A stretch of 58,410 nt of DNA from contig VJWM01000330.1 in assembly GCA_010909165.1 (NCBI GenBank), positions 1 through 58,410 of the forward strand. Reading direction: 5' to 3'. The DNA is from Anthoceros angustus. Its lineage: Eukaryota; Plantae; Anthocerotophyta. Below the pieces are notes generated by a model, which saw only the letters and a program-made list of their open reading frames with translations, ran no database searches and was not told the DNA's origin. A program made the translations under genes and the position numbers. How positions within the stretch are numbered: the stretch's first letter is position 1; each line of letters begins with the position of its first letter. Positions 1-11,236 of the stretch are shown here, in pieces.

Positions 1-24
1 TGAAAGAAACCTCGAATAACAAAG

Positions 25-350
25 AAGACCTTGGCCCGGACCGTAAAGCATAAAGCGTAAACATAAAAAAAAGGAACAACGAAACCAACTCCTCGGCCGA
101 AAGCACATCAAAACCTTGAAACGGACTCGACCAACGAGATCGTCCGCAAGCTAACAAGACGAACAGAATCACCCGACATGATGCAACACCACAAGACGGG
201 CGAAAAGAAACGCTAAGGCAACTAAAACAGGAGCGGGGCTGGACCTTAGAAGCGCCTTTGACAGCCTTGGCCTGGACCGCAACAAGTGAGAAACCAACGC
301 CTTGGCCCTCGGACAAAAGCGGGGAAACTTGAAGCGAAACAACCTTGGAA
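25..350 (-). repeat. Array of short CCTTGGCC/CCTTRG motifs with variable spacers (copy 1 of the X internal array)
   Basis: gaccttggcc (28), aaccttga (113), gaccttag (242), gccttggcc (264, 299), aaccttgg (341); reverse complement of the AAGGCCAAGG array at 12970-13482. Confidence 0.55.
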
Positions 351-499
351 ATCGGACGTCAAACATGTGCGTAGGGACATAGAGAAAGAGGGGAGTAGAG
401 AAAGGGAGACGCAGAGACGCAGCGGAAAGGGAATGACGCAGCTGGAAGGTCCCAAGCCCCCGAAAACGCACCAGCGAAAAGACCAAAGAGGTCCGTGAA

Positions 500-805
500 C
501 CCGTTTATATAGGCCCCAAAACCCTAACCCTTCTCACTCTGTCGGCGCCGCCACTCTCTCTCTACCGAACCAAATTTGAAAATACCAAACCTACTCTACC
601 GAGCCGGACACCCAACCAACCTAGGGTCGCCATTCGTTGGCCGCCAGCGCCCTCCTCAACCGAACCTAGTCACCTTGTTCCAAACCTAGCCATGCAACAC
701 CTAACCTAATTTCCGAACCTCTTAGGTGGCGAAACGAACTCGCCGCCAATGAACACACGCCGCAGCTCTTGAGCATGGAACCCTAATTCAAGTCTATTTA
801 AGGAG
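500..805. promoter_or_regulatory. Putative bidirectional promoter of element X (copy 1)
   Basis: Leftward TATA (tttatata, ~504-511) and rightward TATTTAA (~795-801) flank telo-box-like AAACCCTAA/AAACCTA repeats and GCCGCC boxes; same layout at 12690-12962 and 54585-54900. Confidence 0.55.
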
Positions 806-825
806 CACTCACGCCTCAGACTTAC

Positions 826-1100
826 TTTCTACCGCCCACCACGCCGTTAGGCTGCTCCCCTTCTTACGCCCTGCCCTAGCACGCCGCCAGGGTGTGTCAC
901 TCTCGCCCTACAGCTCCTCGCTAGTTCTCTTACGCTAGTTCCATCGTCCGCCAGGCTGCTGGTTCCGCTCCTACCTACGCCCTACCGCCCACCACGCCGA
1001 CAGGCTGCCTCCTTCTCTCGTCCCTTGCTCACCTCGCAGCAAGGCTGCTGTCTTCACCTATGAACGCCCTACCGCCCACCACGCCAACAGGCTGCTTTCT
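826..1100 (+). repeat. Three dispersed ~28 bp direct repeats CTACCGCCCACCACGCCRNYAGGCTGC plus partial copies
   Basis: Copies at ~829, ~982, ~1070; partial cgccaggctgct at ~948. Confidence 0.75.
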
Positions 1101-2544
1101 CTGTAGTGAATAGCGAGTTTTCGCTGTCTTCCTGTCCAGGAGCCCGAACGTCCGCCCTCAGATCAAACACCTGCTCCGACTGTTTGGCTTCCTCCGCCCC
1201 TTGGTTCCAGGCGACGGCTGTACAAGCAATACCTCATCATCGACTGGTGGCCCTCAGAGGTGAAGAGCACGTTTACAGAAGACGTTGTGCGATTGGCAAC
1301 AAAGGTCAGAAAACTTCGCTGCCAGTGAGTTTGTTTTGCCTTTGAAATTGTTTGTCGTCTTTCGCTTTGTGCCTATGCTCATGCTTTGACTGTCTACCGC
1401 AGGGATACCACACAACGCGAAGGTTCCGGAACACGGCAGAAGAGTTGGGCTCCGTGCAAGAACTGAGTCTGCCGCAGATTTTCCCGCTCGACGGGCTTCG
1501 GTTTCCACTCACCGGTCCTGCTTAAGCCGCTCCTGCAAGCGCCAAGGAGACAAAAAGAGGTCTCCCCTTCGCGTCCTCCGTGGGTACGACGACAAACACT
1601 CTTACGTCGTGTCGCGTCTTTTATTCTTTTGTTGTTGCCCTAACACCCTACCGTCTCGCGACTCTTGCCTCAGTTGTGAATAGCTCGTTATCGCTGTAAG
1701 TTTGCTTGCAAAAACAGTCTTCTTACCTTGTATGTTGCTGCAGAAAACCTCAGAGACTCCTCTACACACAGCCCCTTCAGAGTCCAATACTGCAAGAAGA
1801 CATCGGGAACGGTAACAAGCCTACAGGTAGCGAACTTATCTTTCTACAGTTTCGTTTCCGTTTTCAAAGTCGCGCTACTACTGACCAGTAAAACGCTAGC
1901 AAGTCTTCGATAGTTCTCTGATCTGCTTGACGTTTTCTCGCTTAATCTGTCTCTTTATTCTCGCTTAATCTCGGTTAATCATCCGGACGTAACCCGTTCA
2001 GTAGTGACTCCGCGCATGCGCCACTGCATGCGAGGCAGCTAACGCTCTCAACCTATAAATGCACGCATGCGAAATCCTTTCCTTAGGCATACATTGTCTT
2101 TAAACCTCGTTCAAAATGTAGCTAGAGTCGATTGGTCATTCAGCAATGTTTGAGTCAACATCGCGTCCGTGACAACTTGTCGAGTCAACTTTATGCCGAG
2201 GTATTTATAGGGCGCAACATGCGCGTTAAGCGGTGGCATGCATCGGTATGCAGCTTTCTTGATATTGGATCACTCGACGTTCAAAAGTCCGTAATCATAT
2301 TTTATTTCTAACCGTGTTTTTCCTAACTATTCGTTGGAAAATTGCATGTCCGAATATCTTAACGAGACGCATGCAAAACCGGTTTGAGCGTAAGTCATAT
2401 CCGATCTTTGTGTTGCCGTAGTATATTTTATCAGCTGAAAGTACGGCATGCGGACAACATGCCGCACAGAAGCAATGCGTGATGCAAACGCGTGCATTTT
2501 CAAAAGTTCAAGTTATTCATTGGCCCGGTTGCTTTTATTACGTA

Positions 2545-4140
2545 ATGGCATCCGAGAATGAGAGCAACGATGAAATGGTCGACATCCAAGAAGGTAATGA
2601 TCATTTCGCCACAGCCAAATCCATTTTCTCATATCAAAATGACTGCTTTTCCGTAAAGTGACAATAGTAAAGACCCAACAAACCTTAATGGCGATCAAAC
2701 AACAATGTTCCCACCCATGGGGATCCAGGATATGATGACAGTGAAGTTGAAATCCTCTCATTGAGATATTAAAGATAGTTGAGAAAGGTAATACATTTCA
2801 ATTAACTAATTGAATCTCCGTGAACATTTCTAACTCGATATCTTTGATACAAGACTAACGAGCACACTATGTTCACATCAATGGACAAAAGGACTTGCAG
2901 CTCCTTTGCTGTGCCCTAACCGGAAAAAATTAAAAAGGTAAAGACTTGGTTCGCAACTTTCAGAGGATCAGAACATCAACCGAACTCACTTTAGTTGTAT
3001 ATGGTTACAGGATATTAAGAAGAATCTCCGAACAAACCAATTAGAGTTGGAAACAATGACTCTGGTCCGGAGGTTTAATGGACAACAGATCTCAATTCAG
3101 TCGATTTTGGAGGTAAACAACTAACACTCAGTATCATGTGTATTTATTTACAGTAATAAATACTAATTTCCTTGTTTACAGAGTGCTGCTGAACAAGTTG
3201 CTGCAGCTAAGGAAATTAAGGAGAAAATTGAAGCAATGGACGACAAAATCAACAACACACCATCTTTCATCGTAATTGCTTTGTATGTTTGTAATTAATA
3301 ATTAGTATATTTGTAAGTAGTATAACCCGATAATACTGCTTTTTCAAAGGACAAAAGAGGAAAAAGACGAGTCAAGATAATGCACCAACGTATGGACCAT
3401 CGAAGAATTTGCCGATTTTGGAAAATGGATGGATAACTTTCAAGATCCACAAGTCTTCCAAGATTTTAAAAGTAGATATGTTCCCATTTGGGAACATAGC
3501 CTCAAAGATCCACCGCACCGATCCGCAATGAAGATGGGTCGACAAAAGAACCCTAACAAGACATGGAGATCCAAAAAGTAAGTGTTATCGGTTTATTATT
3601 CTTAGTATAGTTTCGAATCGGTTTATGTAGTACTAATGAAATTTGAGTTTTGGTAATGTAGAAATATCGCCCATTGAAAATAAGGAGCTAAAACCATGAC
3701 TTGTTGACTCGATGGAAGATCCGAAACTACAAAAACATTCAAAAGGTTAGTTCCGTAACAATTTATGTAAACAAGGAAAAATTGATATTCAGATTTTCCA
3801 AATATGTAAATTCTAACGTTGATACCTCTTTAACGCCCAATCACATTTCCGTAGTGTGGGAAATCACAGCCATTGCCTCACATTAGTGAGAAAGGTATTT
3901 ACCGAGCAAGATCTTCTTCGACTTGAGATGGAGGTAAAATATTAACTGCATTTTTGTTTGTAGTTATCGAAGAATCAAAAGGAGTTGTTTGCACTATTTG
4001 AGGTTAGTACATCCCATGGTGAAATTGAATATGTACGATATCTAACATTTACCATTGCCTGCGAAATATTCCGTTTGACGAAATTTTGAAATGATTAACT
4101 TTCTCGGACATAATGAACAAAGAAAGAAGTATTATTCTGA
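2545..4140 (+). CDS. Element X gene 2 (copy 1): multi-exon protein of unknown function, frameshifted in this sequence
   Basis: ATG at 2545 gives MASENESNDEMVDIQE|gt. Later exons encode FPPMGIQ, DNAPTYGPS-EEFADFGKWMDNFQDPQVFQDFKSRYVPIWEHSLKD, AIENKELK, EKVFTEQDLLRLEME|gt and LSKNQKELFALFE|gt; TGA at 4138-4140. All match the minus-strand copy at 9458-11236. Confidence 0.7.
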
Positions 4141-7035
4141 AGACAGAGCAGATCCGAAATCGCCGGTGTACACCCCTTCAACGCCAGCAGAAGAAAGTTA
4201 GAAAGGATAAATCCCAAAACTGTGAAAAGGCAAACGTAAACAGGCGTGAAAGTGAAAACTCTGAAGTGCGAAAGTGAAAACTGTGAAAGAGAGAGAAAAA
4301 AGACTTTTAAAGTGGTTGCACAAGGCAACAGTTCTAAAGATGCGCACAGACCTCGGCTACCGCCTCGGTCTGAAGTCGAGTGGTAGGCGCGTCTCGGCCC
4401 CAGCCTCGGCCGCTCCCGCCGAGGCAGGCGCTCGTCGGGCGCACGGCCTGGGTCGATCCGGCCTAACCCTGTGGCCTCTCGGCGTGGCGCCCCTCCAGCG
4501 TCCGTTCGTTAGCGGGCCCTCCGCTAGCCTGAGGAATGGGAGTCCCAGGTTGGGGAGAAGGAGGAAGAAGAGGCGAAGTCATAAGAAGAGGAAGGATCGA
4601 GGAGATCTAGCTCCTCGTCTTCCTCTACCTCCTCCAGCTGCCTCGTCCTCATCGAGAAAGTGAGGACTGGGAAGGCTCCACATCGGATGAAGAATCGAGA
4701 AGGCCTACGACGAATGAGGAAGGACTGGAGAAGGTCAAAACGACAAGAGGAGGCGGGCATTGGAGAAGGAGAGGAAAGGGAAGACGGTCCGTCGGATGGA
4801 GAAGGGAGAAACGTCTGCGGGAGGAGGGATTCTTGGACAAGTGGAGGCTTTGACCAAGCGGTTGACCGAGTTGGAGGTCAAGGCAGTGAAGAATCAAGCT
4901 CACGAAGATCTCCTTCGCCGCGAGGTTGGTGTATTGCTCGATGTCATCAAACGGGACACACCAACCGAGAATGTATTCGCGCACCACGACATCGTCTCAT
5001 GTGGAAACCGTCATGCCAGGAGATTATTGGTACGTGGACGAGGCGTACCAGGTACAAGCGGTCACTGGAAGTCGACCACCTCAATCAATGAGAGCGACTT
5101 ACCAACCGACTACACCAGTTCCCTCAAGGTATGGCTCACGTCCGACATCGCCGGGACAATGGAGACCAGATCCATCACAACGGCCGATGGCAATTCCACA
5201 GGGGTGTTGTTACAATTGCGGAGCCCGGTCACTACTCAAACGAATGCCCAGAACCGCGGAAGCAAGTAGGTTATGTACCCTTTTGCCAGGTATGTAAGGA
5301 ATTGGGACATAAAATGGGGGATCCCAGATGCACGGGGGTGACGCGAGTGGCCACCAGTCGAGTTCACGAGCTGCAGCGAAGAGGCACGGCAACAAAACCG
5401 CAATTACTGACCACCACGGTCTTGAAGGTGGAAGCGGAGTATGATTCCCTCGATGGATTCAGTGTGACATCAGGAATCGTGGAGGAAGGATATGAAGGAG
5501 AAATGAGCGCAGATGAAGGTTGATGGTGGCCAGGGTGACCACCAGATCAGGCCGTCGAGAGAAAGGACGGAATGCGGAAAAACGGCGTGCGCACGAGGAA
5601 AGGAAGCGGAGGAAGGTGAGGGATGACTCACCCCTTGGCCTCGGAGCGTGAGCGAAGCAGGCTCAACCGAGGCGGTGGGCGGACTACCCGGTGTCGGCAC
5701 TGAGGATAGACCCAGACTACCTCGGTAGGCGAGGCGAAGGCAAAGGAGGGAGGAGGCACGCGTTTCCTCCCGACATTAGCCGAGAAGTAGCGGCAATGCT
5801 GGAAGATGAATTGAACAGGCTCACCCGACACGGGAAAGCGGGGGTCGCGGAGCCAGGGATTGTGGATCCACCGGGTATGGGAACCCACCCGATAGGAGGG
5901 ATCATGGAATCGGAAACTTTACCAATAAGGTCGGAGTCGACCAGCGTCAGGGCTGCAAGCGGGGAGGAAACCTTGTCAGATAAGATCTCCAGTTTCGCTG
6001 ACGCATTACTTGACCGCGAATTTGTGGTCGATCGATGCTTGCTTGCGGTGAGTCCAAGATCCCGCAAAATTGTGAAGGAGGCGATCGGGGAATCCACAGG
6101 GAGGAGAAAGCGGCGGAGGTAAATGTGGTCGAACTCGTTGATTTTGGGGGCACCGAGATTGAGGTTGAGATTGCGGGGTGTTTGGTGCCCAACGTGCCAT
6201 TAGATTCGGATCGAGTCAACTTGATGACGGAGGACTCATCAACAGGTTCGAGTTTCACCCGGCCCGAGTATTTTACGGATGGCCGACCGGACAAGGAGAA
6301 AGCCAGGGGTCTTGAAGAATGCCCGTATTGGGGGTCTCACCTTCCATCTTACCTACATTGTGATGCGGCGGTTTGGATTTAGGCTATAAGGTTTTGATAG
6401 GTAGGCCTTGGTTGTATGGTCTGCGTGTGTTTTTGATTTTGGTCGTAGTGGCATCACCTTCAAGTCCGATGAAGCGGACTGCGGCGATTGCTTTTGTGTC
6501 ATGGAGTAAGGCTCCTATGAAGTCGCAGGAGTCTGCACACACCTCAGGTAGCACGGGGGTAAGCTCCTCGGGCAGTGACCAAGCATATCGGGGTCTTCAT
6601 CGAGGTCGAAATAAAGAGTGATTTTGGTGTATGCTTATAGAAAGCCGTAGAAGAGTCGAGGATGAGGCACATAGGGAAGGAGTAGCCTTTTGGAAGGGTA
6701 GGGCCTATGATCGAGATTTTCGGAAGAGGGTCCGAACCGGTATAGGTAGCGATCCGGAGGAACATATGTAGATCCCGATAGAAGACCTAGAGTTAGAACC
6801 TAGCAAGGTAGTCAAGATTTCTAAGTACCTAGGCGGATAGAAAAGATGAGTTTCGTAGGGTCCTTAGAGAATATGTTGATGTGTTTGCCTTCAAGATTCT
6901 TGACATGGCGGGGATACCGGAAGAGGGGAATACATCGAATAGACTGAAGGAGGGCACTCGGTGAGGATCAAGCAATCAGCTGAATCCCAAGTATTCCATG
7001 GTTGTTAAGGATCAGCTCGACCAATACTTGGAGGG

Positions 7036-7749
7036 GTGATTTACCCGGTGCTCACCAGTGAGTGGGTCGCACCCATCGTGATTGTACCAAAGAAGCGGCA
7101 GGAAAGGTTGCGGTGTCAAGATTTGAAACTCAATGAAACGAAGAAGGATCATCACCCTTTACCTTTCATGGACGGTGTCTTGGACACGATGGACATGAGA
7201 TGTCTGTTCTTGGATGGATATTCGGTACAATCAAATTTTATGCGGAAGGAGGATCAGGACAAGACAACGTTCACAACGGATTGGGGAACTTATGCCTATT
7301 CGAAGCTCCCTTTCGGTTGTGCAATGCCCGCCACTTTCCAGTGGTGGTGAGCGATATTCGAGATTTTACAGGAAGTTCATGGAGGTATTCTGGATGATTT
7401 GCGTGTTTGGGAGAAGAGAACGCATTTAGACCATTTGAGGCAATGTTTCGAATGCGAGTCGAACATGAAACTTCATCCGGGGAAGTGTTATTTTGGCATG
7501 ACGGAGGGCATTTTGTTAGCACATCGAGTCTCTGTACGAGGATTACAGGTAGATAAGGAGAAGGTAGCGGTGATAGCTGAGATGGACGCACCTCAAACGG
7601 TAAGGCAGGTGCGAGCTTTTGTAGGACTAGTGGGGTATTACAGGAGGTTCATCAAGGATTTCGCCAAGAAGGCAGCCTTGTTGACACAATTAACCAAAAA
7701 GGATACACCCTTCGAATGGACAAACGCAAGGAGGCTTTTCAGCAGTTGA
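7036..7749 (+). CDS. Reverse transcriptase domain of Gypsy A pol (fragmented)
   Basis: ORFs 7036-7350 and 7399-7749; FMEVF(L)DD catalytic region near 7377-7400; VRAFVGLVGYYRRFIKDFAKKA. Confidence 0.9.
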
Positions 7750-8240
7750 AGGACAGCTTAGTGAGCGCACCAACTTTACAACCGCCGGATTGGGAGAAGC
7801 CGTTTCACGTATACGTGGATGTGTCCGCTTATGCTATTGGGACCGTCTTAAGTCAGAAAGACGAGAAGAAACAGGATCATCCGATTTTCTATGCCGGTAG
7901 ACAGCTCACGGATGCTGAAAAGAACTACTCAACCACGGAGCGGGAGGGTCTTGGTATCATTTACTCCTGTAAGAAGTTTAGACACTATCTGCTTGCTTGC
8001 AAGGTGACGTTTCATGTTGACCATTTTGCGTTGAAGTATCTTGTAAACAAGCCAGATTTGTCAGGAAGGATTGCCAGATGGGTACTGCTGCTGCAAGAAT
8101 TTGACTATGACGTAGAAACTAGGCCAGGGAAGCAACACCAGAACGCTGATTTCATCTCTCGACTGAAAACTGGAGAGCGACTTGAAGCCACGGATGGATT
8201 TCACGAGGAGTTGGTTGCCACGGTCAAGGGGAGGACGTGA
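7716..8240 (+). CDS. RNase H domain of Gypsy A pol
   Basis: 174 aa ORF with retrotransposon RNase H motifs (FHVYVD, NYSTTERE, DH.ALKYL, RIARW, HQNADFISRL). Confidence 0.92.
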   Translation: MDKRKEAFQQLKDSLVSAPTLQPPDWEKPFHVYVDVSAYAIGTVLSQKDEKKQDHPIFYAGRQLTDAEKNYSTTEREGLGIIYSCKKFRHYLLACKVTFHVDHFALKYLVNKPDLSGRIARWVLLLQEFDYDVETRPGKQHQNADFISRLKTGERLEATDGFHEELVATVKGRT

Positions 8241-8424
8241 GCATGTTGTAGACGGCCTAAGAATTGATCAGCAAGTCTTGTTGCCAGCAGAGAGGCCAAA
8301 TGAGCAAGAAGGGCGTTGTGCGAGGAAAAAAGAGGACAATCTGGAAATCCGAGGGAGATAGTATGGCGCCAAATGGGCGCGAGGAGGAGGCTGGAATGCT
8401 CCTCAAGGGTGAGCAGTCGGGAGG

Positions 8425-8945
8425 GCTGCAAGTGGAGGCTTTGACCAAGAGGTTGACCGAGTTGGAGGTCAAAGCGTGAAGAATCAAGCTCCAAAGATCT
8501 CCGCCAGCGGCTTGGTGTATTGCTCATCCGTCATCAAACGGGACACACCAACCGAGAATGTATTCGCACCACCATGCCGTAAATCATGTGGAAACCGCTG
8601 TGAGATTATTGGTACGTGGACGAGGCTACCAGAAAGCTCGGAAGTCCACACCTCAATCAATGAGGGGCGACTTACCAACCGACTACACCGCCCTCAAGGT
8701 ATGGCTCATCCGACATCGCGACAATGGAGACCGATCCATCACAACAGGCCGATGGCAATTCCACAGTGATGTTGTTATAATTGCGGAGCCCCGTGTCACT
8801 ACTCAAACGAATGCCCGTAACTGGAAGCAAGTAGGTTATGTACCCTTGCCGTGTATGTAAGGAATTGGGACATAAAATGGGGATCCTGCACGGGGTGACG
8901 CGAGTGACACCAAGAGTCAACCACCGAGCCTCGCAGCGAAGAGGC
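8425..8945 (+). repeat. Second, indel-rich copy of the Gypsy A gag segment (duplicate of ~4838-5385)
   Basis: caagtggaggctttgaccaag..gttgaccgagttggaggtcaa..aaacgggacacaccaaccgagaatgtattcgcacc..ttgggacataaaatgggg is shared with 4838-5385. Confidence 0.85.
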
Positions 8946-9457
8946 AAAACTGCAGAGCACCGCTTTTGAATGACGAGAAGGACCGTGCTTGGCGAGGTCG
9001 AGGCGCCACGGGCCGCGAGGGAAGAAGGCCCCAGGAGGTGGACACACTAGAGAGCGAAGGAGATGCGCTGACGATAGAAAAGACGCTGCGGAGGCGTCAC
9101 GAGAACGGCCGAGGCCGTGAGGCCGAGACCGTTCTAGGCCGTGGCGCCCGACGCGCCCGCTCTCGGGCGGGAGCGGCCGGGGCCGAGACGCGCCCAACTC
9201 GACTGCAGACCGAGGCGGGAGCCGAGGTCTGTGAACCTGTATAGACTTGGTGCCTAAACCACCCGGCTTATATGTCATTTCTCTCTCTCTTACAGTCATT
9301 TTCTGCTGTTCTGTCTTTTTCGTTTTTTAAATCCTTTTACACAGTAAAAGCATTAGCTTTCCCACTGTCGTAAGGTAATTCAAATGATTTTGGTAAATTC
9401 TACTCATCTTCTATTGGAGTAGATGGAGTGTAAAATGGTTCCGGTTGTGCCTTCTCT

Positions 9458-11236
9458 TCAGAATAGTACTTTTTGAGCTGCTGATTGTATGGTCCAGATA
9501 AATGTATAATCATTTCGAATATTTCATTCAAGCGAGAATATTTCTGCAATTTAAACCTTTGTCAGAATTCATATATAAAACATAGTTGTTTTTCCAACTT
9601 TAGTACTCACCTCAAAGAGTGAAAACAACTCGTTTTGATTCTCCGATAACTACAAACAAAAAGTAAAAGTAATTAGTCATTTACCTCCATTTCAATTCGG
9701 AGAAGATCTTTCTTTGCATATACCTTTTCGACAAGCGTTAAACACGTCTTGTGAAGATTCACCGCGGAAATGTGATCGTATGTTACGAAGAAACATATTC
9801 ATTAGAATTCATCTCGGAATGCAAACAGATAGTATCTTTCAAACGATGTACCTTTTGAATATTTTTCGTTGTCTCCGGTTCTTCCATGAGAGACAACAAG
9901 TCTGTCGTTTTCAACTCCTTATTTTCAATTGCTGCCCCTATCTCTGCATTCAATGCATACAGAATTACATTACATAGAGTTACATGTAAAGAAAATAAGA
10001 AAGAGAAAGGGGAGTTTTCGCGGCTTACTTGCTTGGATCTCTCTGTACTGCTCGAATGTGGGTTGGACCCATCTTCATTCAAGATGGGCTGCGCTTGCTC
10101 TTTTAGACTATGCTCCCAAATTGCAGTATACTTAGATTTAAAGTCTTCAAAAAGTGGTGGATATTGAAAATTGCTCATCCACTTTCCAAACTCGGTGAAC
10201 TCTTGTGACGGCCCGTAAGTTGGTCCATTCTCCATGAAGTCATCTATTTTTCTCTTTTTTGCCTGATCAGAAACCAAAATCATTACTTTCTTAAACCAAA
10301 ATCATATTAAAACAAATTAAATACAAAATACATTTTGTGTACCTGATTGGAGATGGCCGCATTGTCAATGTTGTTGTCAATCTCATCGACTTTGTCCTTT
10401 ATATTTTATGGCAGCTTTTGTTTTTCCAAAGATTCTCAGAATGCCAAGTTAAAAGAAGGTAAATGTGAAGAAGCAAAGAAGGTATGAATGTTAATTTGAT
10501 TACCTCGATCGCTGGATGGAACTTTGATATCCCTCCAACATTGTTTGCATTGAAATCGGTGTCCATTAAACCTTTCCACAAGTGTGTACGCTTCAGCCCA
10601 ATTGAGTTGTTCAAGGTTCTTTTTATATCCTGCAGAGATAAATTTAGGGTTAGATTTTGGATTCGAGCATACTTAGATCAAGTTTATGAAATAGGAAAAG
10701 TGCTTACCTTCTTTATCTTATTCAATCAAGGGCATCTCGCAAAGATGCTTAAGGTCTTGTTTGTCCATCATGAGAACATTGTGTGCTCGCAGAGGAGAAA
10801 CCCACGGGTTTTGTTAGACTCGACCAACGAGAATATACAGGACTAACAACAATCATTTTTCACGAATACCTTTTTCTACGATCTTTCGATCTCCAGCAGT
10901 GGTGGTTCAAACTGCGAAGGCCATATCTGGATCCCCATGGGTGGGAAGTAATTTGTCGAATGGCGCTCACGGGGTGGCGTCATGTGAGTTCTGTCTGCGG
11001 GGGTTGACACAATAGATAAAAGTAAAAGTAGTAAAAGTAAAAGTGCGTCTGTGTGTGTGTAGCTTAGCAAAGTAAAAGTAGTAAAAGTAAGTAGCGTAGT
11101 AAAAGTAAAAGTAAAAGTAAAAGTAAAAGTAAAAGTAGCAAAGTAAAAGTAAAAGCAAAGTAAGAAACGATAATACATGTAGCAATCAAGTACCTTCTTG
11201 GATTTGAAAATCGTTATTGCTGCTTGTCGATTCCAT
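9458..11236 (-). CDS. Element X gene 2 (copy 2): about 10-exon protein of unknown function with a KKRK putative NLS
   Basis: Exons bounded by GT-AG: MESTSSNNDFQIQE|; DRTHMTPPRERHSTNYFPPMGIQ; MMDKQDLKHLCEMP; DIKRTLNNSIGLKRTHLWKGLMD..HPAIE|; QAKKRKIDDFMENGPTYGPSQEFTEFGKWMSNFQYPPLFEDFKSKYTAIWEHSLKE; EIGAAIENKELKTTDLL; EDLLRIEME|; KYSRLNEIFEND..KVLF*. Confidence 0.72.
11018..11165 (+). repeat. (AAAAGT)n microsatellite in intron 1 of gene 2
   Basis: aaaagtaaaagtaaaagt runs at 11018-11045 and 11068-11163. Confidence 0.9.

Larger units (their letters stand above)
1..4527 (-). mobile_element. Element X copy 1 (Crypton-like tyrosine-recombinase DNA transposon), cut by the window start; retains motif array, bidirectional promoter, gene 2 and one terminus
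   Basis: Diverged inverted homolog of 9047-13480. 4345 cacagacctcggctaccgcctcggtctgaagtcgag matches the reverse complement of ~9197-9233. 501 ccgtttatatagg..accctaaccc matches the reverse complement of 12940-12962. Gene 2 exons are collinear. Confidence 0.75.
4530..8240 (+). mobile_element. Ty3/Gypsy LTR retrotransposon family A: gag-protease-RT-RNase H (frameshifted)
   Basis: Gag zinc knuckle CYNCG.PGHYSNECP (~5205-5250) and CQVCKELGH; protease region VEIAGCLVPNVPLDS..VNLM and GYKVLIGRPWL; RT IYPVLTSEWVAPIVIVPKK, KDHHPLPFMD, DQDKTTFTTDWGTYAY..LPFG; RNase H PDWEKPFHVYVDVS..NYSTTEREGL..DHFALKYL..GRIARWVLLLQEFD. Confidence 0.92.

Noticed and set aside
500-520. rDNA Pol I initiation site (TATATAGG)
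   Set aside because: No rRNA sequence in the window; it reads better as a minus-strand TATA box conserved in element X
4505-4527. Helitron interpretation of element X (hairpin tagcgg..ccgcta with CTAG at 4524-4527, CTAG at 9047, A|TC at 52709-52711)
   Set aside because: No Rep/helicase motifs, the CTAG end is not seen in copy 3, and the element encodes a tyrosine recombinase instead
10876-11185. ORFs with FTFTFT / FYFYFY runs
   Set aside because: Translation of the (AAAAGT)n intronic microsatellite
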